Assembly (NCBI GenBank): GCA_937903605.1 | Contig: CALCZC010000016.1 | Location: 3,183-67,182, forward strand | DNA from: an uncultured bacterium | Lineage (GTDB): Bacteria > Patescibacteriota > Patescibacteriia > Magasanikbacterales > GWA2-37-8 | DNA: 64,000 nt | Direction of reading: 5' to 3' | In this document: piece after piece, positions 43,125-54,600 of the stretch | Layout of the letters: each line of letters opens with the position of its first letter | How positions within the stretch are numbered: the stretch's first letter is position 1 | Made by a program: the position numbers and the translations under genes | Notes under the pieces: generated by a model | What the model was told of the DNA's origin: nothing | Seen by the model: the letters and a program-made list of their open reading frames with translations, nothing else | Database searches by the model: none

Positions 43125-46100
43125 ATGGCATCTCAAGACGCTAATATAAAACTTCTTATAGAATCTCAAGTTAATACGACTAAGGCCATTGCAGATTTAC
43201 AATCATTTGCAAATCAAGCGAAAACAGAGGCCAAAAATCTTAATAAGGTTTTAGAGGCCGCTTTTACTTTGCCAAGTAAAACTGGTCGCGGTGGCGGTAT
43301 ATTTGGAAGCATGCTTCAAAGTATTAAAGAGATGAATAAGAGCGTTAATACTGTATCCACGACTATGCGTGAAAGCATGGGAGAAGTTAAGGGTGCAGTT
43401 GATAGCGTAAAAGATTCTATTATGGCCCTTTCTGATTCTATTAAAGGATTAACTGGAAAGAAGCATAAAGTACAGATTGAGCAAGAGATAGTAACCAAGG
43501 GTGGGACTGTATTAGATGATGCGGTTTCTGATTCTGGCGGTACAACTGGAGGCAAGAAGAAATTACCAGCGAATTTACTTTCAGCCCGTGGAGAAATAAC
43601 TCAAAAAATAAGCAAAGTTAAAAATCCGTCTCGTGCGGCAATAGAATCTATAGTTCGGGGAACTAAATTAAGTACGGGGAAAACTATAGGGGATGCCTTT
43701 AATAAAGAAGTTATTAATAGATTCATAGATAAATTAACCATGGAAACTGCCGCAGAAACATCCATGGGGATTAAAAATTTCTCAGATGATATTCGAAGGT
43801 GGGCTTCTGAAAATAGAAAAGGACTTACCTATCAAAAGATTAGATCGCAATTAGATACGTTGGCTATGTCTGGCGGATATTCATTTGGAAAAACAGATAT
43901 AAGCCCTGCTGTATTAGATAAAATGGCACAGAGGGTTGCGTCAGCGCAAATGGTCCAAATTCCTGACACTGGGGCCAATAAATTCAAGGAAACAATCGCC
44001 TCAAAGGAAGTTTCTAATATATTAAGAACAAGACTTAAAGATGTGCCAACTTCTGGTGTATCTGTAGGTCAGTCCGTTGCGGCAGAAAATATATTGGCAT
44101 CGTTAAGAGGAGTAAAAGGGTCTAAGGGTAGATTTAAAATAAATATTAGCGATTTAGAAAAACTTGGCATAGACTTAACCCAGCTTGATACCTTGCCACA
44201 GTTTAAACAAATGGGCCAGGGCGGGAGGACTCCGCAAGAAATTAAAGAGGAAATAGTTTTAAGATTTACTAGGTCAATTAATAGACAATTAGATACTGTT
44301 GCCAGGAAAATTATTAAAGATTTTGAATCTCAACAGACTGGCGCTCCTAGTGGCCCAGAACTAAAAGGACAATTCTCAAGATTGCCAAAGGGATATCTTG
44401 ACCAAGCCAGATGGAAACAAGGCTCTTTTAAGAGCGGAGACGCTTTTATTTCAGACGCTAAGGCATATATGCAATATGCAATTAAAGACCTTGGCATGTC
44501 CTTAAAAGACGTTTTGTCTACGCTAAAAATGGCTCCTGAAATCCAATCTAAAGGGTCATATGTTAATCCAATGTTTGGAATGATAGGTGCAAAAAGCGAA
44601 CAGGGTAGAATGCTACAAATGTTAGCAGACTACGGCGCTCAGATAACTGGAGCAAAACGCCCCGTAGATGAAATGGGTAAAAGTCTTGGAATTGTTAATG
44701 ATTTAATGAGAAAACAAGGCGAGGCTGTCTTAAGGCTCGGAAGATATTATACTTCGTTCTTCCTTATTACATCTAGTATTCAACAGATGAATGAAATGTG
44801 GCGCCAATCTGTTTTAGTTCAAGAACAGATGCTTGAACTTCAAAAGTTTTTGCCACAAGGCTCGAATGTCGGCGCGTTACGCGGTGGGATATATAATCTC
44901 GCTTCTGACTTTGGTGTTCCTATCGATACTGTTCTTGGTGCATATACTGAATTTGCAAAGCAGGGTAAACAGGCAAACGAGATTATAGAATTAACTCGTG
45001 CGGCCTTACTTGGCGTTAACGTCGCATCTACTGATTTTGGAACTACTGTTACATATCTAACAACTGTTACAAATGTTTGGAAAGATCAATTCTCTGACAC
45101 AACTAGGCTGATTGATAAGCTCGCGATTGTACAGGCGAAATCATCAGCATCTTCTGAAGTTTTAATATCGGCAATGCAGCGTTCTGCTTCAATGGCAAAG
45201 GCGATGGGCGTTAGCATTGACCAATTATTTGGCTATATTGGTGCGGTATCAGAAAAAACGCAATTAAGTGGCGAAGTAATTGGAACCTCTTTAAGAACAA
45301 TTTTTGAGCGCTCTCGCAGAGACAAGACTATAAATATGTTAGAGGCAATACCGGCCATAGGAAAAGCTGGATTGCGAACCCCTATTACTCAAGAATTAGC
45401 ATCCGCCCCGCAAATATTAGAATTGGTCGCGCAGAAATGGGATAAGTTAACAGATGTTCAACAAAGGAATATCGCCTTTCAAATGGCTGGCGGTCGTCAG
45501 ATAAACTCATTTATGGCACTAATGGAGAACATGGGCAGGGCATCTGAATTAACAGCCAACTCCATTGATTCATTAAATTATGCATTTAACGCGAATAACC
45601 TTGAATTAGAAAAGTTTTCTAAATCATTTGAATCGCTAAGAACGAGAACATATGAATTAGCGACCTCAGCCATTTTACCAAGCGTTAAATATCTTAGCAT
45701 GTTTATGAACGCTATGACCTCTGTTATCTCCTTAGGCGGGTCATTTAATAAATTGATAACTGGCATGTCTATGGGAGCTGCTGCGTTTTCTGTGGTATCA
45801 GTATTAGCATCTCGCGGTCTTGGTTTATTTATTAAGGCATTAGCAATAGCGCCTGTTATCGGAACAGCAGTTAGTGCTATAGGCGGAATAATTAAATCAA
45901 TAATAACGCTTAACACAACAGCCCTTATGGCCTCTTCCGGTATGCAATCCATGGCCAGGTCGTGGGGCCAAGTTGCTCGTGGCTTCTCTCAAATTGGTGC
46001 GGCAGGATATGGCCTTGTAGGGGTAAGAAATATCTTAAGCGGATTTGGTGGGTTATTAGGCCCAATAGGGCTTGCTGTTGCGGCAATTGGGACCGGAATC

Positions 46101-49100
46101 GCCGCATGGAATTCAAGTACAGAAAGCACCGCGGAGAAACAACAAGTTCTTAATGAAAAGTTACAGCAAGCTCTTAATTTGCACAAGCAAATAAATAAAG
46201 CGCAAACGGAATCATCTAGGGAAGATATTGCTTATCAAATGAGCAAAGATTTTACTACAGAAGAGTTTTCGCAGAAGAATTTCCCTGCCGAATGGAGCAA
46301 GAAATATAATAGATATATATTCCCATTTTCTAGCGCCGAAGAACTTAAGGCAGTTGGACCAGTGTTACAGGGGGCTAAAGTCTCATCAGTTGAACAAACC
46401 GCTATTTCTGATAAGGCACTTGGGCAGTGGCTTAATGCTTTTATGCCGCAGGTTGAGAAGGCACTTGGCAAAGAATTTATCTCTAAGCCTGATGAATTAG
46501 AAAGATTATTAAAGTTGCTTTATGAATCAACTGGCAAAACTACTGCGGCTTTTGCGGGGAGACAAATATCTGATATATCTCAATATCCTCCTACTCAGTC
46601 AACGCTTAAATATCTTCGTAATGCTCAAAATAGGGGCATAGAAATGCCCTTATCTCCAGCGCAGTATTTATTGTTAAAACAGCAAGACCAAACGTCTCAA
46701 ACATTACAAGAGCTTAATGCGCCTATTATCGAAAAGATATTTAGCTCTAAGTTGCTTTCTAGTGAATTAAATAAGGCATTAGAGTCGGTTAAGCCAATAT
46801 CCTTTAATAAGCTATTTGACGGCAAGGGCATTATTGAAGAAATAAGTAGATATAGATCAGCTTTTGCGACGGAAGAGCCGGCTAAACTTCTTGATGCCGA
46901 ACAGCAAAAACAGGAAATAGAAAAATATAAAAAGAATATAGATGAAGTTACATTCTTAAAGAGAAAGCAATATGAAGAAGAGGCAAAAGCTCAAAGAGAT
47001 AACTTGGCCATAACCAGATCGACTTCAAATGCTCAAATGTCAGAAATGATAGTTGGCCTTAAAGATATTGCAAAATTAAAGAAACAATTACGAGATGAAG
47101 AAATAAAAGCTAAAAATTCTTTTTATGAGGGTGCAACTGGCGAAGAAGATAAATCAGACGAAAAAATTGAAAATATCAAAAAAGAATTAATAGCTGGGCA
47201 AAAGGCTCTTAGTGATATTACTGGCGGAAAATCGCCGACGGATATTGCTAAAGGCTATATGGAGTTTATTAAAAAAACTCTTTCATCGGCCCCTGCGGAA
47301 AGTGTTAAAATATATGAAGATTGGGCTATGAACCAAGTCGAGCTTCTCAAAAACTCGCTTAAGGCATCGGTGTCTGCGGGACAAGTAGATGAGACGATGT
47401 CGCCAGACATTATTAAGAGGAATCTTAATATTCAAATGATGTCTGACCAATTTCAGCAGGAAATAATGGCGACAAGAAAAGCAAGAGAAGATGCTCTTAG
47501 GGCGCAACAGTTAGATATTAAGTATGCTAAAGATGTATATTTATCTGTTGTAAAATATGGAATGGATGTAGATAAAAAAATACAAGAATATGTTTCTCGT
47601 CCAAATCTTAATATCGAGGGCATGAGCAGATGGATTCAGGCATATGACCAAGAAACTAAAAATATGACTGAATTAATGCAGAGCCGTGAGCAAGTATTAA
47701 AAGAGAACCAAGATAAAATATCTGCTCAAGAGGCTGCAAAAGAACGAGCCAAGATACAAGAAATGAAGGGCCAGATTGAGAAACGTACTAGCGCAAGAGG
47801 TCGTATCCCTGGCATAGTATCTTTGGACTCTTCTGATACGGCAGAATTTACTAAATTTGCGCTGGAGCAGGGGAAAATACTCTCTGATAATATAGAAAAG
47901 GGAATATCGCCTAACTTCCTTAATAAATTAAACGACCAAATAGAAAAGGTCCAGTTTAATATAATGGCAAATCAAGCAGAGATAGATGCTATATCTCAGA
48001 AAGGGTTGCCAGAGGCGTCAATAGCTCCGCTAAGAAAAAAGGTTGCATTATTAGAACAAGAGAAAACCCTTTTGAGCGCAAACTTGCAAATAGCAGAAGC
48101 ATATCAATATAGAATGGCTCCCGCTGAAGCCGAGAAACAGGCTCTTGACCTTATAGCACAAAAAGTAGACCTCAAGAGGCAAGAGATGTCGCTTAATGGG
48201 GAGTTGCTTGGCACTGCAAGCTCGTTGCTTAATTATAATATTGCTGAGAAAGAAATACATGTTCTTAAGAATCAACTATTAACAGAGCAAGAGAGAAAAA
48301 ATGCATTGTTATTGCAGGGGAAAAATACTGAGGCCAATAAAATGGACGCAGATATTCAAGCACTGCAAAATTTAATTGGATACTGGGAAAAATATCGGGA
48401 TAGCATATATAATGTTACTCCGGCTATCACTTCTTTTTCTTCTTCATTTTTGCAGTCCTTACAGAATATTCAGCAAGAGACTCAAACAGGAATTTCTTTT
48501 ATAGATAATCTATCTAGTCGTCTTTATGCGTTAGCTGGTCAAGTGTTTAATATAGCAATTAACTTTGTTATATCTAAAACTGGAGATACAGGAGACTTTT
48601 TAGGCGGTATCGTTAACGGAGTGTCTGGTGCAGTTGGAAAAGCGGTTGACTTTACTAAACGAAAATCTGACTTAGAAAAGAATTTTAAAAAGTTAGATAA
48701 CGAAACAAAAAAGGTAATGGCGGGAACATTTCAGTCTGCCGCCCTTGCAAATCTTCAGAATTTCGCTAAATCAATTGGAATAAAAGAGGGAGATTTAGAC
48801 CCCAATGACCCTCGTGTGCAAGCGTATTTAAAACAGATAGAAGATGCTAAAAAAACATTTACAGCCCCCGACCAAAGTGGAGCTAGAGCAGCACAGCGCG
48901 ACCGTGAATCCACTGCCCATTATAATGCCCTTGAGCGCCTTAAAAAAGCAGAAGCTGACTTCCAGAAGCAGCAGCAGATGTCTTCATACTGGGAAGCTAA
49001 AATGCCTGATAAGTATATGCTTAAATATGATGCTGAAACACGCAAATATCAGGCAGAGTTACAGGCGAAACAAGCTGCTTTAGATTCAGAAAGAGCTAAT

Positions 49101-50777
49101 CTTAAACCTGAAGAAGTCAAGAGATATGAAGAAGAAATAGCAGTATTAGATGAAAAAGTTAAACTTCAAGGAAAATATAAACAACAAGCGCAAGAAATTG
49201 CTGCATTTGAAAAGTGGCAGAGTGATAATCGTGTTGGCTTAGAAAGATTAAGAACTGAATTATCTCTCAAAACTGAAATGTATGAGATGGAATATGCGGC
49301 TATTTATAGCCCTTCAAGAGCAGAAGAAAAAGCATATATGGAATGGAAGATAAAAGCCGGATTAACTGAACTTGAGGCGCAAAGAATAGTTACAGTTGAA
49401 GAACAGCGAAGAGTCGCTATGAAGAACGGCATGAACGAAGCAGATGCTATGGCCCTTGCTTTATCAACCGAAGAAGTTCAATTACTCGATATTAAAATAC
49501 AGAAAGAACAAGCATTACTTGGATTAGTTGATAGGCAGTTAGAACTTAAACAGAAACAAAAAATAAATGAGCAAGTTAGAGAAGTACAAGGCATTTTATC
49601 TTCTGGTATATTTGATGCACTGTCGCTTAAATCGCGTAATGAACAGAAGAAGCAGATTGCCGAAATAGCAAAAGAACTCAGCAAGTTAGGCACTGAATCT
49701 GAAACTGCATCATATGGAATTGCACAGGCTGAATCTATGGGAAATATTGACGCTATCAATTCTGCAAGAGATAAATGGAATGAGGTCAATAAACAGATAG
49801 ACGAAGCTCGTAAGAAAATGGATGAAGTTAAAGATTCGACTAATAAATGGAAAGAAGTATTACAGAATATTGGCGATAGCGTTCTTAAGAAATTAGCAGA
49901 TAAATTCGCTGAAATGTTGATAAATAAAACTGGCTTAGGCGATATGCTTGGCATGGTATTTGGTGGAATAGATGGAATCAATACAGGCGGAAAAGGTGTA
50001 AAAGGCCAGGCTCTTCCTGCGGCTGGTTCTGCTCTCGCGGCGTTATCATTAAAATCTCCTCAGCAATCATTAAAGATGGCTCAGGAAATGATGGGTTTAA
50101 TGGTCCCTGGCTCAAGTGGCTCAACGAATTATAATGTGTCGGTTGCTGGCGGAGCAGGAAATCCTCTTGGTGCATTACTTGGTGGGGGACTTAAGTTTGG
50201 TGGAGCCGGAACATCTGCGCTTGGTGGCGGATTCGCTGGAAGCAAACTTGGCGCTAACGCTGGATTCGGGAAGACAGCAGCATCAACTGCCGCTAAATAT
50301 GGCACAGCGCAATATCTTACTTCCGCGATGTTGGGTTATGCAATCGGGTCGTCAACGAGTAATAGAGCAGTTGGTGTGCTTGGTGGCGCAGCAGCTGGCT
50401 TCTTAACTGGAGGTCCGGTGGGGGCGATATTAGGAGCTATTGGTGGGTTATTCGGCAGAAAGAAAGGCGGAGACGAGGCGCCACCGCCGCCGCCTCCCCC
50501 GAGAGAATTTTATCCGCTATTTGCTAACACAAATGCGCTGGACAGAAATACAAGCGCCCTAATGCGCCTATCTGATGGGGTTTTCGGGGCGCCGTCCGTT
50601 TTCGAAGTCAACAAACTTCAAGCAGAAAGAAATATGACAGCCCCTGTTTTTAATATTACTATTAATGCCGCGAGCAACTCTCCGAAAGCCATCGCCTCAG
50701 AGGTTAATGCCGCAGTTAGCAATGCGTATCAATCATCAATGGGGAAAATGTCAACTTCAACATCTAATTGGGGTTAA
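43125..50777 (+). CDS. tail tape measure protein (2550 aa)
   Basis: Very long helical ORF; TP901-type core (FAKQG...IGTSLRTIF.R...AGGRQ), hydrophobic segment, Gly-rich C terminus. Confidence 0.92.
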   Translation: MASQDANIKLLIESQVNTTKAIADLQSFANQAKTEAKNLNKVLEAAFTLPSKTGRGGGIFGSMLQSIKEMNKSVNTVSTTMRESMGEVKGAVDSVKDSIMALSDSIKGLTGKKHKVQIEQEIVTKGGTVLDDAVSDSGGTTGGKKKLPANLLSARGEITQKISKVKNPSRAAIESIVRGTKLSTGKTIGDAFNKEVINRFIDKLTMETAAETSMGIKNFSDDIRRWASENRKGLTYQKIRSQLDTLAMSGGYSFGKTDISPAVLDKMAQRVASAQMVQIPDTGANKFKETIASKEVSNILRTRLKDVPTSGVSVGQSVAAENILASLRGVKGSKGRFKINISDLEKLGIDLTQLDTLPQFKQMGQGGRTPQEIKEEIVLRFTRSINRQLDTVARKIIKDFESQQTGAPSGPELKGQFSRLPKGYLDQARWKQGSFKSGDAFISDAKAYMQYAIKDLGMSLKDVLSTLKMAPEIQSKGSYVNPMFGMIGAKSEQGRMLQMLADYGAQITGAKRPVDEMGKSLGIVNDLMRKQGEAVLRLGRYYTSFFLITSSIQQMNEMWRQSVLVQEQMLELQKFLPQGSNVGALRGGIYNLASDFGVPIDTVLGAYTEFAKQGKQANEIIELTRAALLGVNVASTDFGTTVTYLTTVTNVWKDQFSDTTRLIDKLAIVQAKSSASSEVLISAMQRSASMAKAMGVSIDQLFGYIGAVSEKTQLSGEVIGTSLRTIFERSRRDKTINMLEAIPAIGKAGLRTPITQELASAPQILELVAQKWDKLTDVQQRNIAFQMAGGRQINSFMALMENMGRASELTANSIDSLNYAFNANNLELEKFSKSFESLRTRTYELATSAILPSVKYLSMFMNAMTSVISLGGSFNKLITGMSMGAAAFSVVSVLASRGLGLFIKALAIAPVIGTAVSAIGGIIKSIITLNTTALMASSGMQSMARSWGQVARGFSQIGAAGYGLVGVRNILSGFGGLLGPIGLAVAAIGTGIAAWNSSTESTAEKQQVLNEKLQQALNLHKQINKAQTESSREDIAYQMSKDFTTEEFSQKNFPAEWSKKYNRYIFPFSSAEELKAVGPVLQGAKVSSVEQTAISDKALGQWLNAFMPQVEKALGKEFISKPDELERLLKLLYESTGKTTAAFAGRQISDISQYPPTQSTLKYLRNAQNRGIEMPLSPAQYLLLKQQDQTSQTLQELNAPIIEKIFSSKLLSSELNKALESVKPISFNKLFDGKGIIEEISRYRSAFATEEPAKLLDAEQQKQEIEKYKKNIDEVTFLKRKQYEEEAKAQRDNLAITRSTSNAQMSEMIVGLKDIAKLKKQLRDEEIKAKNSFYEGATGEEDKSDEKIENIKKELIAGQKALSDITGGKSPTDIAKGYMEFIKKTLSSAPAESVKIYEDWAMNQVELLKNSLKASVSAGQVDETMSPDIIKRNLNIQMMSDQFQQEIMATRKAREDALRAQQLDIKYAKDVYLSVVKYGMDVDKKIQEYVSRPNLNIEGMSRWIQAYDQETKNMTELMQSREQVLKENQDKISAQEAAKERAKIQEMKGQIEKRTSARGRIPGIVSLDSSDTAEFTKFALEQGKILSDNIEKGISPNFLNKLNDQIEKVQFNIMANQAEIDAISQKGLPEASIAPLRKKVALLEQEKTLLSANLQIAEAYQYRMAPAEAEKQALDLIAQKVDLKRQEMSLNGELLGTASSLLNYNIAEKEIHVLKNQLLTEQERKNALLLQGKNTEANKMDADIQALQNLIGYWEKYRDSIYNVTPAITSFSSSFLQSLQNIQQETQTGISFIDNLSSRLYALAGQVFNIAINFVISKTGDTGDFLGGIVNGVSGAVGKAVDFTKRKSDLEKNFKKLDNETKKVMAGTFQSAALANLQNFAKSIGIKEGDLDPNDPRVQAYLKQIEDAKKTFTAPDQSGARAAQRDRESTAHYNALERLKKAEADFQKQQQMSSYWEAKMPDKYMLKYDAETRKYQAELQAKQAALDSERANLKPEEVKRYEEEIAVLDEKVKLQGKYKQQAQEIAAFEKWQSDNRVGLERLRTELSLKTEMYEMEYAAIYSPSRAEEKAYMEWKIKAGLTELEAQRIVTVEEQRRVAMKNGMNEADAMALALSTEEVQLLDIKIQKEQALLGLVDRQLELKQKQKINEQVREVQGILSSGIFDALSLKSRNEQKKQIAEIAKELSKLGTESETASYGIAQAESMGNIDAINSARDKWNEVNKQIDEARKKMDEVKDSTNKWKEVLQNIGDSVLKKLADKFAEMLINKTGLGDMLGMVFGGIDGINTGGKGVKGQALPAAGSALAALSLKSPQQSLKMAQEMMGLMVPGSSGSTNYNVSVAGGAGNPLGALLGGGLKFGGAGTSALGGGFAGSKLGANAGFGKTAASTAAKYGTAQYLTSAMLGYAIGSSTSNRAVGVLGGAAAGFLTGGPVGAILGAIGGLFGRKKGGDEAPPPPPPPREFYPLFANTNALDRNTSALMRLSDGVFGAPSVFEVNKLQAERNMTAPVFNITINAASNSPKAIASEVNAAVSNAYQSSMGKMSTSTSNWG

Positions 50778-50792
50778 AATAAAAAATAATGT

Positions 50793-50820
50793 TTGATATT
50801 TTATTTCCGTATGTTATAAT
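50793..50820 (+). promoter_or_regulatory. extended -10 promoter, probably leaderless
   Basis: TTGATA-16 nt-TATAAT with TG; ATG begins 7 nt after the -10; no SD. Confidence 0.55.
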
Positions 50821-50826
50821 ATAAAT

Positions 50827-51222
50827 ATGCGAGCAAAATATAAAATTGATGACACACAATTGGCACTTGGGCCTTCAAATATAAATGAAACCTTGCCTCA
50901 AGATGGAGAATTTAAACCATCTAGGGGCAAGGCAATTTTATTTCCAGGAGTTTATTTTAATGGCACTCGTGTTGCAAATAGAGAACAGCAATGGGTTTGG
51001 GATTTACTTATAGAGGATACAGACACATATGATGCTCTTGTTGCAATTGACCATGCCGGCGATGATATTAAATTAGAAACAAAATATGGCGAACACATTT
51101 CAACGTGGCAAACATATTCAGGTCAAGTGTCAGATTGTTTGTTTGAATTACACGAAGGCATGGTATTTAAAGGAAATAAGCGTGGTTATAGATGCACATT
51201 AATAGTAAATTGTCATAGTTAA
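50827..51222 (+). CDS. putative distal tail protein
   Basis: Position directly after the tape measure gene. Confidence 0.55.
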   Translation: MRAKYKIDDTQLALGPSNINETLPQDGEFKPSRGKAILFPGVYFNGTRVANREQQWVWDLLIEDTDTYDALVAIDHAGDDIKLETKYGEHISTWQTYSGQVSDCLFELHEGMVFKGNKRGYRCTLIVNCHS

Positions 51223-51233
51223 AGGATTTATTT

Positions 51234-51617
51234 ATGCCGTATGTATGGAGTTTCGTTGATGGTTCAACTCAATATGTTTTGCCTTATGGCCCTAAGACAG
51301 TAGATTATATTATTGTTTCTGGCGCTATGCGTAAAAGATATAACATAACTAAAGTGCCTCTGACTGGCAAAACACCTGATGTTTTAACACACATAGAAGA
51401 TTATCCAATTTATACTTTATATTGGCCTTTAGTTACATCAGCTTTATTTGCTAAACTGTCTCCACTGCCTATGCATAAAACAATAGTGTTTACTGATGGT
51501 GTTGAGAATGTTCAATTTAATATTCAAATAAACGGCAAAGCATTTAATAATTTAAAGACGATAAATAATGGCGAAGTGATAAGGTCGGCGGCAATAACAT
51601 TTAGATTGGTGGCGTAA
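51234..51617 (+). CDS. putative distal tail/tail tip protein
   Basis: Position; AAGGA SD. Confidence 0.55.
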   Translation: MPYVWSFVDGSTQYVLPYGPKTVDYIIVSGAMRKRYNITKVPLTGKTPDVLTHIEDYPIYTLYWPLVTSALFAKLSPLPMHKTIVFTDGVENVQFNIQINGKAFNNLKTINNGEVIRSAAITFRLVA

Positions 51618-51618
51618 A

Positions 51619-54600
51619 ATGCAAACAAAAAATGATTCAACAATAAATAGTGTTCTATCTTTAAATGATGTTAGTTATGCAAAAACTGCTCGTCCCGCCG
51701 AATATATAGAAGTATTTGAGGGAAGCATTTATGAATGGCAAGCTGATACAGTTAATGCTACTTGGAATAGAATAGATTGCTCTATTCTTAATTTAAACTT
51801 TCAGCAAGGACAATCTAAAACAGTCTCGGCTCAGGTTTCTATTGAATTATTTAGAAATTCTGGTGGACAGTTAGAGTATAATTATGATACGGGCATTTAT
51901 ACATCAACGACAGGATTGCACTTATCAAAAGGATATTTAATTCGCGCATACACAGGCTATTGTGAGAATGAAGCGCCATATACAGAGCATGTTAAGTTAA
52001 GATTTACAGGAATCATTGAAAGCATTTTACCGAATGATGATGGGATAATAGAAGTCAATGGCGTTGATTTCTCTGTTATATTTATGAATGCTCTTAATTA
52101 TAACTATCCAGATATTAATTCATATAGAGATTTACCATGGGAAATAACCAGTGCTCAATTAGCAGCAGATATTGATGATTCGGCTATTTCTTTTAATGTT
52201 TTAAACAATAGCGGATCAATCACATTAGGAGCAAAAATTAAAATTGATTCAGAAATTATGTTAGTCCTTGATGTCAGCGTTGCGGGAGAGATAACAACAT
52301 TAACAGTGCAAAGACTTTCTGGAGTATCTATGCATCTGCGGGATACATATTTATATACTGGAGACGAATTTCTTGTAATGCCTGACGATGTTTATAATAA
52401 TGGGTTATTAAACAAATATGTTCCCGCTTATGATAACTGGAGACTTGATTATGCACTGCGAGATTTATGTATTAAATCAAAATTTCCGCTTGGATTATTT
52501 TCTATAGCGTATAATGATTCTTCGACGATAAGACTTGGAAGGTCAGATAAATACCCATATATGCAGTCAAAATCTATATTCGAAAAAATGGCGCAATCTA
52601 GTGCCATATCTGTTCCTATATTTGATAATGAAAAATATGATAAAACTTCCTCTATTAGCTATACATCAGTCGTTGAAAGAAAAGTATATGCAGGAATAGA
52701 CGAAGAGCTATTGAATGGGGCCAAATTTAAATTAGAATTTGGACAATCATTATGGGATTGCATATTATCTCTCGTTGATGGGTTCGGGTTCAAGGTTTTT
52801 TTTAATGAAAGCGGAGTTTTAGTAATTAAATCAATTAGGCAATACGAATGGCTGGCTCCTTATAATATATCTGAAAATGCAGTTGAAATTATAGAAAATC
52901 ATGTTTGGTCTTGGGAAGCCTGGGACATCGCCTCTCATCCGAGCAAAAGATATACTTTCTTGCTTACTTCTGCAAATATTCCTACGGTTGCTAATATAAG
53001 AAACTTAAAAGTAAGATTTATCTCTAATTCTGAGGATACCGATAGCGCATATATTCAACTAAGGAAAAATAATTCTGGAACTTGGCAAGATGTTGGGCTT
53101 CCAATTCTTATTCCAGCTTTAAAAAAATATCAATATTATGAGTCAGAAATATATAGAGCCGCAACTTCAGATACTATTTTTATAGAGGGAGAATATGGAA
53201 TAGAGATGGTATCATCTCCATCTGAGGCTCCATATTTCAACGGATTGATGTATTTAGACACTAATGATGAAGTAATATGTTTTGAGTGTGATTCTACAAC
53301 AAACGCGATAATTTCTTCAGCAGTTAATTCGGCGGCAGAGGTTAGAAATCAAATGACGGTCATTGGGCTTCCTGAAAGTCCACAGCCTATAATATCAAAA
53401 TCAGTTGACACATCTTCTATATATGGTGGCAAGAATATTATAAAAGGAGGATGGACAGGAAAAGATTCTTTTGTTTCCTCCGACCATCCTTTTATGGACG
53501 GAAGATATGATAAATATGAGCTATTTAAAGGGACCGATGGACTTGGGGTTAGGGTTTACTCTTTAAAGGCCAATTGGAATTTAATTCACATTGCTTTTAA
53601 ACCACAAACAACTCCAATTGGGGAGACGATTTGGGTTACAAATTCAACAGGAACGGAGGTAATATGTGGAGAACATATTATTACTGATAATGATTTAACA
53701 TCATTTGGGGTATGGTTAAAAATTCCTAAAACATATAATGAATCTATGGTGAGAATATATTCTTCTATAGATTTATATGTTTCAGAGATTGAATGTTTTG
53801 AGAGCGACCCATCTTTTAACTTTGTTGGACATTTAAAAGAAACAATCGTTATAAAAAAGAATATATCTGATAAGGCAACCTCAGACTGGATATCTCTTAC
53901 ACAATTAGAGATGCATAGGCGCAATGTTAAACAATTTCAGATATCCAGTTTGAGTAATCCATATATAGAAATTGGAGACTGTATTGTTGTTTCTGCTCCA
54001 GAGGTGGGCCTATTTAATGATACTCGCGTATGGGTGACTGGCATTGGAAGTGAAATAAGTAGAGTAGGGGCAATAGATAATTTAACAGTTGTTGCTCTGC
54101 CTCCGATGCAATCATACATAAAACCGCCAGACCCAACGCCTAGGTTTTTAACCAATAGCGCCCACGGTTTTTCAATATCCAGAAAGTCTGTAGAGACAAA
54201 TCAGGAAATAGGAAGCGCAACGGAGTTCGAAGAACACGGAGATATAAAAACAGCGTATAATTTAGACGCCTCGCAGACTAATATTTCCGTTTTTTGCCAA
54301 GACGAATTTAGTATTTCTCCCGGTCAATTGGTCCAAATAGATTCAGAGTTTATGCTTGTGTCGCATGCAATAATAGATTATGATGTTAATATTGGGAACT
54401 GGTATGGAGCATTAACAGTTATTCGTGGAAGCAATTATACAATAGCATCGACCCATGTTGAAGCATCCCTTGTAATTGCAAATAAAGTATGTACCGGGTT
54501 TCAGCCTCCAAATGAATATTTAACCTTTAATTTTGCGTTAACAAGGCCACAAAAGGTTCAAATAGTGGTTGGGATATTACACCGCAATCATACTTTAGCC

